A program made the translations under genes and the position numbers. A stretch of DNA of 35,716 bases, from the IMG/VR virus record IMGVR_UViG_3300020045_003981, positions 1-35,716 of that record. One strand, given 5' to 3'. Positions 19,401 through 27,310 of the stretch are shown here, one piece after another. The notes below the pieces were generated by a model that made no database searches, was not told the DNA's origin, and saw nothing but the letters and a program-made list of their open reading frames with translations. Origin of the DNA: a virus. Lineage: Duplodnaviria > Caudoviricetes. Numbering within the stretch: position 1 is the stretch's first letter; each line of letters opens with the position of its first letter.

Positions 19401-19608
19401 CGAAACAGCCGAATCCTACGAAATCGACATCATGGACGGCGCAGCGGTCAAGCGGACCTTGACGGCCAGCACGCCAGCAGTGGCCTACACCAGCGCCCAA
19501 CAAGTAACGGACTTTGGCAGCGATCAGGCCACGCTCTCACTCAATATTTATCAGCTATCGAGCACAGTTGGCAGGGGCTACCCGCTGGCGGCAACCATCA
19601 CGAGGTAA
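16399..19608 (+). CDS. central tail tip / host-specificity protein (GTA megatron-like)
   Basis: ATG 16399 overlaps previous stop; GPRLNDL, YGAAIPRLYG, PAYRGLAYIVF, LLRGRAGSE and QLSSTVGRG motifs. Confidence 0.92.
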   Translation: MSSNYTTGQWVGTIVGAVVGFYTGGAGWVAAGAALGGAVGGAIDPPKGPKIVGPRLNDLTQQTASYGAAIPRLYGATAVMGNIFWIENNALKETTTTEGGGGKGGGSEPETTTYSYSATFALGLCEGPITGIKRIWISGKLIYNSGSADSGTLVASGAAADRFRVYTGAEDQQPDPRMQAALGAANTPAYRGLAYIVFDDLELADYGNTLLGAQIKVEVVGIGAIDAPTVVSRNTVAGAVSGGVAYSSTATYLSPSGELAIYRVDGDYSVESNPTDLVRTYPDASGIVTKSEGNMAGMHIQGWTDTPGFAFLRPFYSGYWIELVEGDFDSLHNFEATDFTLMSKYYRRDREEIYISVAAVKTTVFDASGTIPQPLLVTTPASTYGIVHDIFIGESVNYSINIGTSNQFFVCYDRDWAVQWTVSIPLDVCPMENNIGGNVAKIRERINGHCVVKANELFLEVTQSGYVVLPSTTGGTFTGYGDFGGQHLLGNLWITYIANSNEISVVNLYPLSASLPTLASIITAECLATNILTAPDIDVTTLTDEVRGYKISSVAAIRSSLDPLQGAWPFDVVQSGYKISFKRRGGSVVATIPASDLGAGAEGEALPARFTESRDMATQLPARVTIRHMDISREYDIGEQYAERLNTGSVDVRSIEMPIVLTAQEAVQKAEILIYMYWLERYDVSFTLPPTYAGLEPADVVTIEAESGTYELRLTSVNYQSNGIIECTGKFNRAAVYASAATTDGGTIPDGIITLPVPSGYALLDIPLLDDDYDTGGFTVAMCGLTAGWKGGSIFRSSDGQTWRLINGFRIQSVIGRAINSIGAPLEHRLIDKASILNVSLLGGEALSSVTEPQMLNGANHFAYGVDGRWEIIAAQNCELQIDGTYLLTDLLRGRAGSEWAMGLHEIGDTVVLMDAARLQFSSANLNQIGLTLDYRGVTAGQTIASDRSHPFTYRAVNLECLAPVYLNGNRDPATNDWSLEWVRRTRVGGEWRDYVDATLGETAESYEIDIMDGAAVKRTLTASTPAVAYTSAQQVTDFGSDQATLSLNIYQLSSTVGRGYPLAATITR

Positions 19609-19611
19609 GCA

Positions 19612-20076
19612 ATGGCAAACAGTACGACAAATCTGGATTTACTATCGCAAAGCCAGGCATCCAAAGAGATTACGGTCAACGCCTTAATGGATGCGGTATC
19701 GCCGGCATCACTTTACGGGCGCCAGCAATCAACGACCTCCGGCCTCACCTGGGGCTACTACGGCGGCAATGTGACCATTGGCGGATCGTTAGTGCAAATT
19801 GATAATGGCACCGTCAATCTCACTGGATCAGCTACAAATTACGTGGTCGCTGCAAAGGCTACCGGCGTAGTTTCAGCTAGCACATCAGATGCTAACTGGG
19901 ATGACGAGGACAACTATTGGCGGCTTTATTCAGTCGATGCCGGAGCCGCATCGGCGCCAGTTTTTACAGATGTGCGGGAGTTTGGCAAGTTTGCAAATGA
20001 TGGCGCATATGACGCCGCCGGCTCTGCTAGCGCCGTCCTCGCCGAACTCAACTCAAAACTTTGGATCGGAGTCTAA
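19612..20076 (+). CDS. DUF2793-like tail fibre anchor protein
   Basis: TTNLDLLSQSQASKEITVNAL N-terminus; GAGGT SD. Confidence 0.7.
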   Translation: MANSTTNLDLLSQSQASKEITVNALMDAVSPASLYGRQQSTTSGLTWGYYGGNVTIGGSLVQIDNGTVNLTGSATNYVVAAKATGVVSASTSDANWDDEDNYWRLYSVDAGAASAPVFTDVREFGKFANDGAYDAAGSASAVLAELNSKLWIGV

Positions 20077-20079
20077 AAA

Positions 20080-20400
20080 ATGGCATTCACCATCAAATCA
20101 TGGTCGCTCAATAGCTACACCAACGGGGTTTTTGCTGATCTGGTTGCTGGATCTGCGTCTGGCGAAACCGTCAAGGCCATCACCATCTGCAATACGACGG
20201 TAGCAGATATTTCCGTGACGCTGCAAGTCGCGGATAGCGGTGGCACTGCACAGGCAACGATCCTGCCGCCCACGCAAATTACTGCCGGCACGTCGTTCGT
20301 GCTTGAGGTCGATCCGCTCAACCTGACCGCCTCGCAAAAGCTGCAAATCTCAGCCGCCGCCGCCGGGGTTGAGTTTTACGCCAGCGGAGTAACGCACTGA
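20080..20400 (+). CDS. small beta-sandwich tail protein
   Basis: VKAITICNT...FYASG pattern; GGAG SD. Confidence 0.7.
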   Translation: MAFTIKSWSLNSYTNGVFADLVAGSASGETVKAITICNTTVADISVTLQVADSGGTAQATILPPTQITAGTSFVLEVDPLNLTASQKLQISAAAAGVEFYASGVTH

Positions 20401-21398
20401 TGCTCAAGCCAGCACTCCGCGAAGTAATGCCGGGGCTGACTCGCACGCTGACTGATTGGGCGTTGCGGCTGGATTTTAAGGATGGCGTAGTCGATCCGAT
20501 GATCGTCACCACTCGGGCTGGCACTCAGACATATTTTGATGCGGCTGGCGTGATGCAGACAGCCGCTGCGGATACGCTCGTACTCACCTATGACCAGACA
20601 ATAGGTGAGTGGGTTGCGTCGATATGGGGAGCGAGGACGAATCTATTGCTCAACAGCACCACGCTTGCAACGCAGTCGATCACGACCACCGCCGCAGCAC
20701 GGACGCTCAGTTTTTACGGCACCGGTAGCGTCGTTTTATCAGGAACGCACGCCGCAACGGTGGTTGGCCTTGGCGCTTATCCGGTACGCACAACCTACAC
20801 CTATACCCCAACTGCCGGGGCTTTGACGCTAACGGTATCAGGCACGGTCGAGAACGCGCAAGACGAACTTGGCAACTGTGCGTCTCCGTGGATAAGCACA
20901 GCCGGGGCAACCGTTACGCGCCCTGCGACGGTGCCGAAAATCGACGGGATGAACTTCACTGGTTTTTACAATCAGACGGAAGGGACTTTTGTTGTCGAAG
21001 CCGCGTGTTTCCCGACGAGTTACGGAACAGCAGGGCATATTGTTTCATCTAACGACGGAACAGCAGTAACTAATATTGTGCTGATCCAGCGGAATGCTGC
21101 GACGTTAATAAATGTTTCGGCAACCGTTGCGTCCGTTGCTCAGGTGTCAACACCCCTAAGCGCAATGCCGCCTGGCGTGTACTCAACAATCGCACTCGCA
21201 TACAAGATTAATGATTATGCGGCATCAAAAGACGGCGAGGCCGTGGTGACTGACACGGCAGGCACGGTTCCAACTGTCTCGCAACTCAACATTGGAAGCA
21301 GGGCAGACGGCACGCGGCATGCCGAAGGCTATTTTAAATCTGTGACGTACTACGCTCAAAAACTATCGCTCAGTGAACTACCGGTGACATCAAAATGA
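20400..21398 (+). CDS. putative receptor-binding/fibre protein with LamG-like C-terminus
   Basis: TRAGTQTYFDAAG, RTNLLLNS, SPWISTAGATVTR and FYNQTEGT motifs of phage fibre-like proteins. Confidence 0.75.
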   Translation: MLKPALREVMPGLTRTLTDWALRLDFKDGVVDPMIVTTRAGTQTYFDAAGVMQTAAADTLVLTYDQTIGEWVASIWGARTNLLLNSTTLATQSITTTAAARTLSFYGTGSVVLSGTHAATVVGLGAYPVRTTYTYTPTAGALTLTVSGTVENAQDELGNCASPWISTAGATVTRPATVPKIDGMNFTGFYNQTEGTFVVEAACFPTSYGTAGHIVSSNDGTAVTNIVLIQRNAATLINVSATVASVAQVSTPLSAMPPGVYSTIALAYKINDYAASKDGEAVVTDTAGTVPTVSQLNIGSRADGTRHAEGYFKSVTYYAQKLSLSELPVTSK

Positions 21399-21634
21399 CC
21401 ACTATCGACATTATCGGCTTGCTCTACTCGGACATCGCCGCGCCTGTGCAGCTTCCCGGCTGGCACGTCAACACGATTCCCGCTGTGCCTGAGTGGGCTG
21501 GCTGCAAGGTGGAGCCGAGCCACAAACGTCGGGTGTTCGCCGGCATGGCTGCTGAAACCTGCTGCTACGTTTTCGAGTCCGAAGCGGATTTCGTCGAATC
21601 TGCTGATGCGCTTGGATTGATTGAGCATGAGTAA
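21395..21634 (+). CDS. hypothetical (fibre-associated) protein
   Basis: GWHVN...P...RRVFAG motif; ATGA coupled. Confidence 0.7.
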   Translation: MTTIDIIGLLYSDIAAPVQLPGWHVNTIPAVPEWAGCKVEPSHKRRVFAGMAAETCCYVFESEADFVESADALGLIEHE

Positions 21635-22004
21635 TTTACCAATCCTCGACAAAATCACCGACAAAACGCTGATCAGAATCTGCGGCGTAATCCTGTACCT
21701 GCTACTAGCGCCGATGGCGCTGACGGCGGCGATCCTGTTGCCGATGTGGATCATCATCGCCCCGCTTAAATCAAAGCCGGCGCTGCGCACATTTGACGAA
21801 CTTGCTAACGCTTTCTGGTTCTCAGGATCAGCCTACGAGTCGCTTAGTTCGCACGCCTGGACAGCCCGCGAAACGTGGTGGGGAAAGATAATTATCGCCG
21901 TCACCAACCTGGCAGACCATGGCCATTGCCAGCGGGCGAACGAGTTTGAGCAACCCATCAAAAAGTACGCCGAAAGGATGCTGAAAGAGGATCAATATGA
22001 CTGA
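21627..22004 (+). CDS. hypothetical membrane protein
   Basis: N-terminal hydrophobic segment; DELANA...ESLSSHAW...HC motif. Confidence 0.65.
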   Translation: MSNLPILDKITDKTLIRICGVILYLLLAPMALTAAILLPMWIIIAPLKSKPALRTFDELANAFWFSGSAYESLSSHAWTARETWWGKIIIAVTNLADHGHCQRANEFEQPIKKYAERMLKEDQYD

Positions 22005-22365
22005 GCCAACCTCCAGCGGCATCAGCCTGACGGTGATATCAATCGCGCTTCTCGGCCCCCTCGCTGGGCCATACGCGCTGATCGTCTTCTCGGCACTGGC
22101 CGGCGCGCTTTGGCCGCTGAGTGCTGTGCCGACGCCAACACGGGCCGATGGCGCCTGGCTGCTGCTGCGCTGCACGGTAACTGCCGTCTTGCTCACGGTA
22201 TTCATCGCTCAAGGTCTCGACCACCTATGGGAAATCCCAGCCAACGAAGCGCTGGCCCCGGTCGCGCTCATCATCGGCGCCATGGGTAACGGCTGGCGCC
22301 CGGTGTTTGACTCGGTTGGCGCTGCATTGGGTGCGCTCATCACCAAATTTGGGGAGCGCCGATGA
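21997..22365 (+). CDS. putative holin
   Basis: 3-4 hydrophobic segments; start of lysis cassette. Confidence 0.65.
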   Translation: MTEPTSSGISLTVISIALLGPLAGPYALIVFSALAGALWPLSAVPTPTRADGAWLLLRCTVTAVLLTVFIAQGLDHLWEIPANEALAPVALIIGAMGNGWRPVFDSVGAALGALITKFGERR

Positions 22366-22685
22366 ATCCGGATTTCTCAATTCTCGCCCACGAAACCCTA
22401 TGCGCCGCGCTGTTCTACTCCGCATTTTTCCGCGCCGTGCGCTCATCCGTCAAAGTCGCCATCGATGTCCGCCTCGCGTTTTTCGGCATGGGCGTCGTCT
22501 CCTGCATCGGCCTCGTTGCGCCGCTGGTCTGGGAGTTTGTGCCAAGCGTCTTTGACCTCCTGCTGTTGGCCGCCATCGTCATCGTCCAGCTCGTCACTGC
22601 CCGTCATTGGGCAACCAGCGTCCCGCCGCATTTCTGCCGGCCAGATCATGAGCGCCGATCAACCGACATGAGAAAAATCCAATGA
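22362..22685 (+). CDS. putative holin/antiholin, 3 TM
   Basis: three hydrophobic segments and a basic C-terminus; directly before endolysin. Confidence 0.6.
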   Translation: MNPDFSILAHETLCAALFYSAFFRAVRSSVKVAIDVRLAFFGMGVVSCIGLVAPLVWEFVPSVFDLLLLAAIVIVQLVTARHWATSVPPHFCRPDHERRSTDMRKIQ

Positions 22686-23215
22686 TTACGCCTGCGCAAA
22701 TCAAAACCATCATGCCGCACGCCACACCGGGGCGCACTGCGCTCTTCGCTGGCCCGCTCAATGACGCGATGGAAAAATACCTGATCAACACGCCACTTCG
22801 GAAAGCCGCATTTCTGGCGCAAATCGGGCACGAGTCCGGATCGCTGCGCTACGTGCGAGAGATCGCCAGCGGCAAAGCCTACGAGGGTAGGGCAGACCTC
22901 GGCAATACTCAGCCAGGCGACGGCGCCAAGTTTCGCGGGCGCGGCTTGTTACAAATTACCGGACGGGCAAACGTCCGCGCCTGCTCCGTCGCGTTATTCG
23001 GCAATCCGGAAACCTTGCTTGATCATCCGGAAATGCTCGAAACCATCGCGCTCGCCTGCGAATCCGCTGCCTGGTGGTGGTGGTCGCATGGCCTCAATGC
23101 ACTCGCTGATCAGGGCAAATTCAACGCCATCACCCGCCGCATCAACGGCGGCACCAACGGCGCCGAAGAACGCAACGCCATCTACGCGCGCGCCAAGACG
23201 GTGCTGATGGCATGA
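22682..23215 (+). CDS. endolysin, glycoside hydrolase family 19
   Basis: AAFLAQIGHESG, FRGRGLLQITGRAN and ITRRINGGTNG motifs. Confidence 0.95.
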   Translation: MITPAQIKTIMPHATPGRTALFAGPLNDAMEKYLINTPLRKAAFLAQIGHESGSLRYVREIASGKAYEGRADLGNTQPGDGAKFRGRGLLQITGRANVRACSVALFGNPETLLDHPEMLETIALACESAAWWWWSHGLNALADQGKFNAITRRINGGTNGAEERNAIYARAKTVLMA

Positions 23216-23502
23216 CCCGCGATCAAGCCATTGCCGAGCTGGCCGGCATGCAAGAGCGCATCAAGTTTCTAAACGTGCTGATCGATGCCGGAAAGCCGAC
23301 GCCGGCACCTGAAAATAAATCCCGCGCAAAAATCATCGCCGAGTTACACGACCTCTCTGCTCGCATGCTCGACGCCGCTGTCCACCTCGATTACTTCGGT
23401 GGATTCGACGGGGAATGCACGCAGCACGCCAGCGAGCTGGCCGGCGCATCGTCGGTGATACTGACCTGGGCGGATGGCCTTGAGGAAAACAGTGATGCTT
23501 GA
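23212..23502 (+). CDS. hypothetical protein between endolysin and Rz
   Basis: ATGA coupled; soluble helical 96 aa. Confidence 0.65.
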   Translation: MTRDQAIAELAGMQERIKFLNVLIDAGKPTPAPENKSRAKIIAELHDLSARMLDAAVHLDYFGGFDGECTQHASELAGASSVILTWADGLEENSDA

Positions 23503-23971
23503 CCTGATCCCCGCCCCATACCGCTGGCTGGCCATCGCCATCGCTGCACTCGCCATCAGCGCAGCCATTTTCGCCGCCGGCCATTCATCAGGCGCCGATA
23601 GTGTCCAGGCCGACTGGGACGCTGAAAAAATCACCCAATACCAGGCCGCGCAAGCCGCAGAACGAAACGCCCGCGCCCGCGAACAATCCATGATCAACCA
23701 ACTCAACGAGGCCCAACATGCCGCCGCTGCCCGCGAAACCAAGCTACGTGCCGATTATGCTGCTGCTCAGTCTGCTGCAAACAGCCTGCGCGACACCATC
23801 GGCACCATCCGTCGTGACCTGCCCAATGCTACCGCCGCCGCCAGCCGTGACACAGCCGACACCGCCCTTGCCGTATTCGGCGACTGCGCGGATCAATATC
23901 GAGCGCTGGCAGAGCAAGCTGATGGGCACGCCAGCGACACCCAAACCCTAACCCAAGCCTGGCCGAGGTAA
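23495..23971 (+). CDS. Rz: inner-membrane spanin (Rz-like)
   Basis: N-terminal TM helix followed by an Ala-rich coiled coil; GAGGA SD. Confidence 0.8.
   Translation: MLDLIPAPYRWLAIAIAALAISAAIFAAGHSSGADSVQADWDAEKITQYQAAQAAERNARAREQSMINQLNEAQHAAAARETKLRADYAAAQSAANSLRDTIGTIRRDLPNATAAASRDTADTALAVFGDCADQYRALAEQADGHASDTQTLTQAWPR
23718..23951 (+). CDS. Rz1: outer-membrane lipoprotein spanin (Rz1-like), embedded in Rz in the +1 frame
   Basis: MLLLSLLQTAC lipobox followed by a Pro-rich mature part; alternative start at 23757. Confidence 0.75.
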   Translation: MPPLPAKPSYVPIMLLLSLLQTACATPSAPSVVTCPMLPPPPAVTQPTPPLPYSATARINIERWQSKLMGTPATPKP

Positions 23972-23973
23972 TC

Positions 23974-24114
23974 ATGGACGCTCAGATTGTTGATTTCGCA
24001 AAGTGGAAACAGGCGCACCCGCCCGTAATTGTCTGCCTGAATGCAGGCCTTGAGATGGGGCTGGCGTGGCAGCGGTTGTGGATTATGGTGCTGTTTGGGT
24101 CATTCAAAAAATAA
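23974..24114 (+). CDS. 46-aa hypothetical protein (absent from ORF track)
   Basis: GAGGT SD; MDAQIVDFAKWKQAHPP...FGSFKK. Confidence 0.6.
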   Translation: MDAQIVDFAKWKQAHPPVIVCLNAGLEMGLAWQRLWIMVLFGSFKK

Positions 24115-24257
24115 CCTTCGCCACCTTGGAATTATCCAAACCAGCGGATCATGGCGCCGTCACTGGCTCGCTTGGCGCTGGCTAAAATATCCGCTGGTCG
24201 AAACTGGCGTGGTTTAATACTCGCTTGGTGGTTGTCGCCAGATAAACCGTCAAACAG

Positions 24258-24461
24258 AATCACGCAAAAATCACGCATGACCCTCCGAAACCGTTGCAGC
24301 GCAGCGGTGACAATTCCCCTGCGTGGGGAAGGTGATATGACGCCGGCTGATAGATAGCTGGCGTCAATTCTTTCAAATCAGCCCCTTGTCGTTAGTTCGT
24401 GAAATACAATGCGATGGCTTTACATCAAAAATCGCAATCAAATCACGCACAAATCACGCAC
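24258..24461. mobile_element. putative attP with integrase arm-type sites
   Basis: tandem AATCACGCA pairs at 24258-24277 and 24440-24461; IHF-like AATCAGCCCCTTG at 24376-24388; non-coding and adjacent to integrase. Confidence 0.75.
24338..24373 (+). terminator. hairpin in att region
   Basis: TGACGCCGGCT-N7-AGCTGGCGTCA followed by ATTCTTT. Confidence 0.5.
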
Positions 24462-24466
24462 AGGCT

Positions 24467-25420
24467 ATGGCATCAATCAAAGAGTACAAGGGCGGATACC
24501 GGGCGCAGGTCTTTACGCTCGGCGTGCGCGACTCGCAAACCTTCAGGACGAAGCGCGAAGCCGCGGCATGGGCTGGCGCTCGGGAATCCGAAATCAGGCG
24601 AAACGCCACGCTGCCGCCTGGCGATCTGCATACGCTGGCCGACCTGTTTGATAATTATCTTGCGCTGGTTGTGCCATCGCGGAAAACTCCGGCCAGGGAA
24701 GAACGATATATTAATTTCTTCCGGCGCGAATTCCCGCTTCACATTCCTGTAAGCCAGGCAGATTCGGTGATGTTTTCAGAATACCGAGACCGGCGCGTTA
24801 AGGAGGTCAAAGAGGCGACCGTTCTGCGCGAAATGAAAGTTCTGTCGGTTGTCTTCGAAGAGGCCAAAACAGAATGGAAGTGGATCGCCGTCAATCCAAT
24901 CAAGGAAATCCGCAAGCCTCGATCATCGCCGCACCGCGAACGGATAATAACGCGGTATGAAATTAAGCTGATGCTTCGATCAATTGGTCGGCAATCGCGC
25001 CTTGGACTGGCATTTCTGATTGCACTTCGATCTGGCATGAGAGCCGGCGAGATTGCAGGAATGACCTGGGACCGCGTTTCTGAAAACGAAATCTATCTGC
25101 CCGACACAAAGACAACCCCGCGCCGAGTGCCAGTGACAAATAAGCTGCGCCGTTTGCTTGGTGCGGCAAAAGGCAAGCATGCGACGCTGGTGCTTGGAAT
25201 AAATGCCGCAACGGTGTCGCGCTCATTTATCGACGCCAGGCGAAGGGCTGGGCTTGATGGCTTCACGTTTCACGATGCGCGGCACACCGCAGCGACATGG
25301 ATGGCGCGAAAGGTCGACGTTTTGACGCTGTGCAAAATAATGGGCTGGAAGAATCCGGCGCAGGCAATGGTCTATTACAACCCAACATCGGCGACAATCG
25401 CCAGCATGCTTGAGCGTTAG
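24467..25420 (+). CDS. int: tyrosine integrase
   Basis: arm-binding N-terminus (YRAQV...TFRTKREAAAW); catalytic R (GMRAGEI), K, HDARHT, W (MGW) and Y. Confidence 0.95.
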   Translation: MASIKEYKGGYRAQVFTLGVRDSQTFRTKREAAAWAGARESEIRRNATLPPGDLHTLADLFDNYLALVVPSRKTPAREERYINFFRREFPLHIPVSQADSVMFSEYRDRRVKEVKEATVLREMKVLSVVFEEAKTEWKWIAVNPIKEIRKPRSSPHRERIITRYEIKLMLRSIGRQSRLGLAFLIALRSGMRAGEIAGMTWDRVSENEIYLPDTKTTPRRVPVTNKLRRLLGAAKGKHATLVLGINAATVSRSFIDARRRAGLDGFTFHDARHTAATWMARKVDVLTLCKIMGWKNPAQAMVYYNPTSATIASMLER

Positions 25421-25623
25421 CCGGCAAGTGCACGGTCAATCTCGACAATCGGGATGCGGCCAAACTTATTCAGCTTCAAAGCGCCGTCCCTGACCATGCG
25501 GCAGATTGTCGCCTCTGAAACCCCAACCATTTCGGCGGCTTGCTTTTGCGTGACCTGGCTGGGCCTTGGGTGGGTTTCAGCGTAGACGCGAACGGCAGCG
25601 GCGGCAAGTTGCAGTTCAGTCAT
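25417..25623 (-). CDS. xis: excisionase-like HTH protein
   Basis: VTQKQAAEMVGVSEATICRMVRDGAL; convergent with int. Confidence 0.75.
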   Translation of the reverse strand: MTELQLAAAAVRVYAETHPRPSQVTQKQAAEMVGVSEATICRMVRDGALKLNKFGRIPIVEIDRALAG

Positions 25624-25919
25624 CCAATCTCCTTAAGTAGTTGCTGCGCGGCGACAATCGCTTCGTGATACTCGGTAACTAGATTGCAGCTTTCGTCGTA
25701 GCGGTGCTGCGCTGACTTCGGGTGGTGCATGTTCCGACACTCAACGTCGGTCGGTGCTGCGAGCCATAGGTTTTTAAGGCAATCACGTAGCGAATCAATC
25801 TCGTCAGCCAGCGCACCGAACTTCTTTGCATCGGCCAGTGCCTGATCACCTTCAGCGGTTCCGGCGAGTTTCAGCGCGACTTGCTGTTTGATCTGTTGCC
25901 AGTCTCTAGCGGGGTGCAT
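25620..25919 (-). CDS. hypothetical protein
   Basis: GAGGT SD before ATG 25919 (MHPARDW...); stop coupled to xis start. Confidence 0.7.
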   Translation of the reverse strand: MHPARDWQQIKQQVALKLAGTAEGDQALADAKKFGALADEIDSLRDCLKNLWLAAPTDVECRNMHHPKSAQHRYDESCNLVTEYHEAIVAAQQLLKEIG

Positions 25920-26223
25920 TGAGTACCTCACGGCAGCGGGTGAGTGTTTTGCGTGATTGCGATACGCAATACTTGATTCCTGGATTGGTGCTTGGCGAAT
26001 CCATGTCGAAGCGGTCAGCGTAGTCGGTCGTGATTTCACCAAGCGCATTCACAGCCTCAACCAGCGCAGCGCGGAGTTCTTTGATTTCCTCCAGCAATTC
26101 ATCCTCAGTTAGTGCTGCGTTGATCTCTGCTTGAGCAAGCTGTTTTTTGAGTGAGGCGATTTCATCAAGCAATTCCTTGCTAGTCCTGCACTCAACAATA
26201 GGCATTCCAAATTGGTCGCTCAT
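25906..26223 (-). CDS. hypothetical coiled-coil protein
   Basis: operon-coupled ORF. Confidence 0.7.
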   Translation of the reverse strand: MSDQFGMPIVECRTSKELLDEIASLKKQLAQAEINAALTEDELLEEIKELRAALVEAVNALGEITTDYADRFDMDSPSTNPGIKYCVSQSRKTLTRCREVLNAPR

Positions 26224-26588
26224 TTACTTTCCTTTCTTGCGTATAGGTTAGTTTCTGGAGCGGGGCGCTTGTACCATTCAACGCGATCACCATAATCAAC
26301 GTGACCAACAGGCTCCCCATACTTTTCCTTGATGTACTGCTCAAGGTATGAGGTGGAGGGTGGGGTGGATAGGGCTTCTCGTATGCAGAGTAGAAATTCG
26401 TTATCTGCTTCAATGTTCAGCTTACGTCTTGCAATTGGCGTATCGATAAGTGCTTTTTCACATAGCAAGCCATCCCGCAGCTTGGCTATCTCAGCCTCTC
26501 GCTCGGCAAGGTCTTTGCGGAGTTGCTCGTTTATTGCCAACAGCCCGTCAATTGTTTCCAAGAACTGTTCTTGAGTCTGTTTCTTCAT
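26220..26588 (-). CDS. hypothetical coiled-coil protein
   Basis: operon-coupled ORF with GAGGA SD. Confidence 0.7.
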   Translation of the reverse strand: MKKQTQEQFLETIDGLLAINEQLRKDLAEREAEIAKLRDGLLCEKALIDTPIARRKLNIEADNEFLLCIREALSTPPSTSYLEQYIKEKYGEPVGHVDYGDRVEWYKRPAPETNLYARKESK

Positions 26589-26591
26589 TCT

Positions 26592-26912
26592 CTATTCCTC
26601 CGATTCGACTAGCGGCACTTCTGGAATGCCTGACATCTTCAAGTAGATTGAACTGTGGCCGTTCTTTCGAGCATCCTTCGCAACCCAGTTCATGTACTTG
26701 TCCACATTCACACCGCCATGTTCTGCACACTGCGCCAGCGCCCGGTAGTGATCGAACACGCAATGCCCGATGCTCTGTGCCGAAGTGCAAAAACCATCGT
26801 CGCTATATTGAAACGAAGCAAACATTGGAACGCCTTCGCGCTGGCAAACTTCCAGCAGTTGCGTCATCAGCGGGGCAATCTGCTCGTCGTAAATCTGTTC
26901 TTTGTTAATCAT
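26592..26912 (-). CDS. hypothetical protein
   Basis: KEQIYDEQIAPLMTQLLEVC motif; GGAGG SD; ATGA coupling. Confidence 0.75.
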   Translation of the reverse strand: MINKEQIYDEQIAPLMTQLLEVCQREGVPMFASFQYSDDGFCTSAQSIGHCVFDHYRALAQCAEHGGVNVDKYMNWVAKDARKNGHSSIYLKMSGIPEVPLVESEE

Positions 26913-27310
26913 GCAGCCTCCCGTAACCCAAGCTGGTCCAGTTCAATCGCAACAAGCTCGGTCGCTACGGCATCCTTCATGCGCGGGATCGTGATCTTTA
27001 CCAGCGCATCCTCGCAATGGTTGAGCGTGCGCAGGGCGTCATCTATTTCGCGCTGCGTCAGCATCACGCCGTTGGCCAGGCGCTTGCGTAGGCGGTCGAG
27101 TGGTGTCAGGTCGATGGCGATGGCGAGGCGTTCAAGGAGGGCAATGAAGCCTTCCAGACATTGATCAGTGCGTTCGTAGCTGTCGAAGGCGTGCAGCCGC
27201 GTAACGGCAAATCCCTGGATGCTGTCGCATTCGCCCGTTTTCATTTCGGCGAAACAGTCGCGGACAGGTTTCAGCCACTGGCAGGCTTGACGGCGGGTTA
27301 GGCGTTTCAT
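26909..27310 (-). CDS. hypothetical protein
   Basis: start overlaps the stop of the MTase beta frame. Confidence 0.75.
   Translation of the reverse strand: MKRLTRRQACQWLKPVRDCFAEMKTGECDSIQGFAVTRLHAFDSYERTDQCLEGFIALLERLAIAIDLTPLDRLRKRLANGVMLTQREIDDALRTLNHCEDALVKITIPRMKDAVATELVAIELDQLGLREAA

Noticed and set aside
16399-21398. Diversity-generating retroelement or invertible tail-fibre cassette
   Set aside because: No reverse transcriptase, invertase, template/variable repeat pair or inverted crossover sites seen by eye
24120-24440. tRNA or tmRNA gene or fragment at att
   Set aside because: No GTTCRA T-loop with matching stem and CCA end found on either strand
24151-24466. 68-aa ORF and N-terminal extension of integrase from 24386
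   Set aside because: Both run through arm-type repeats of the att region; integrase-like sequence begins at ATG 24467
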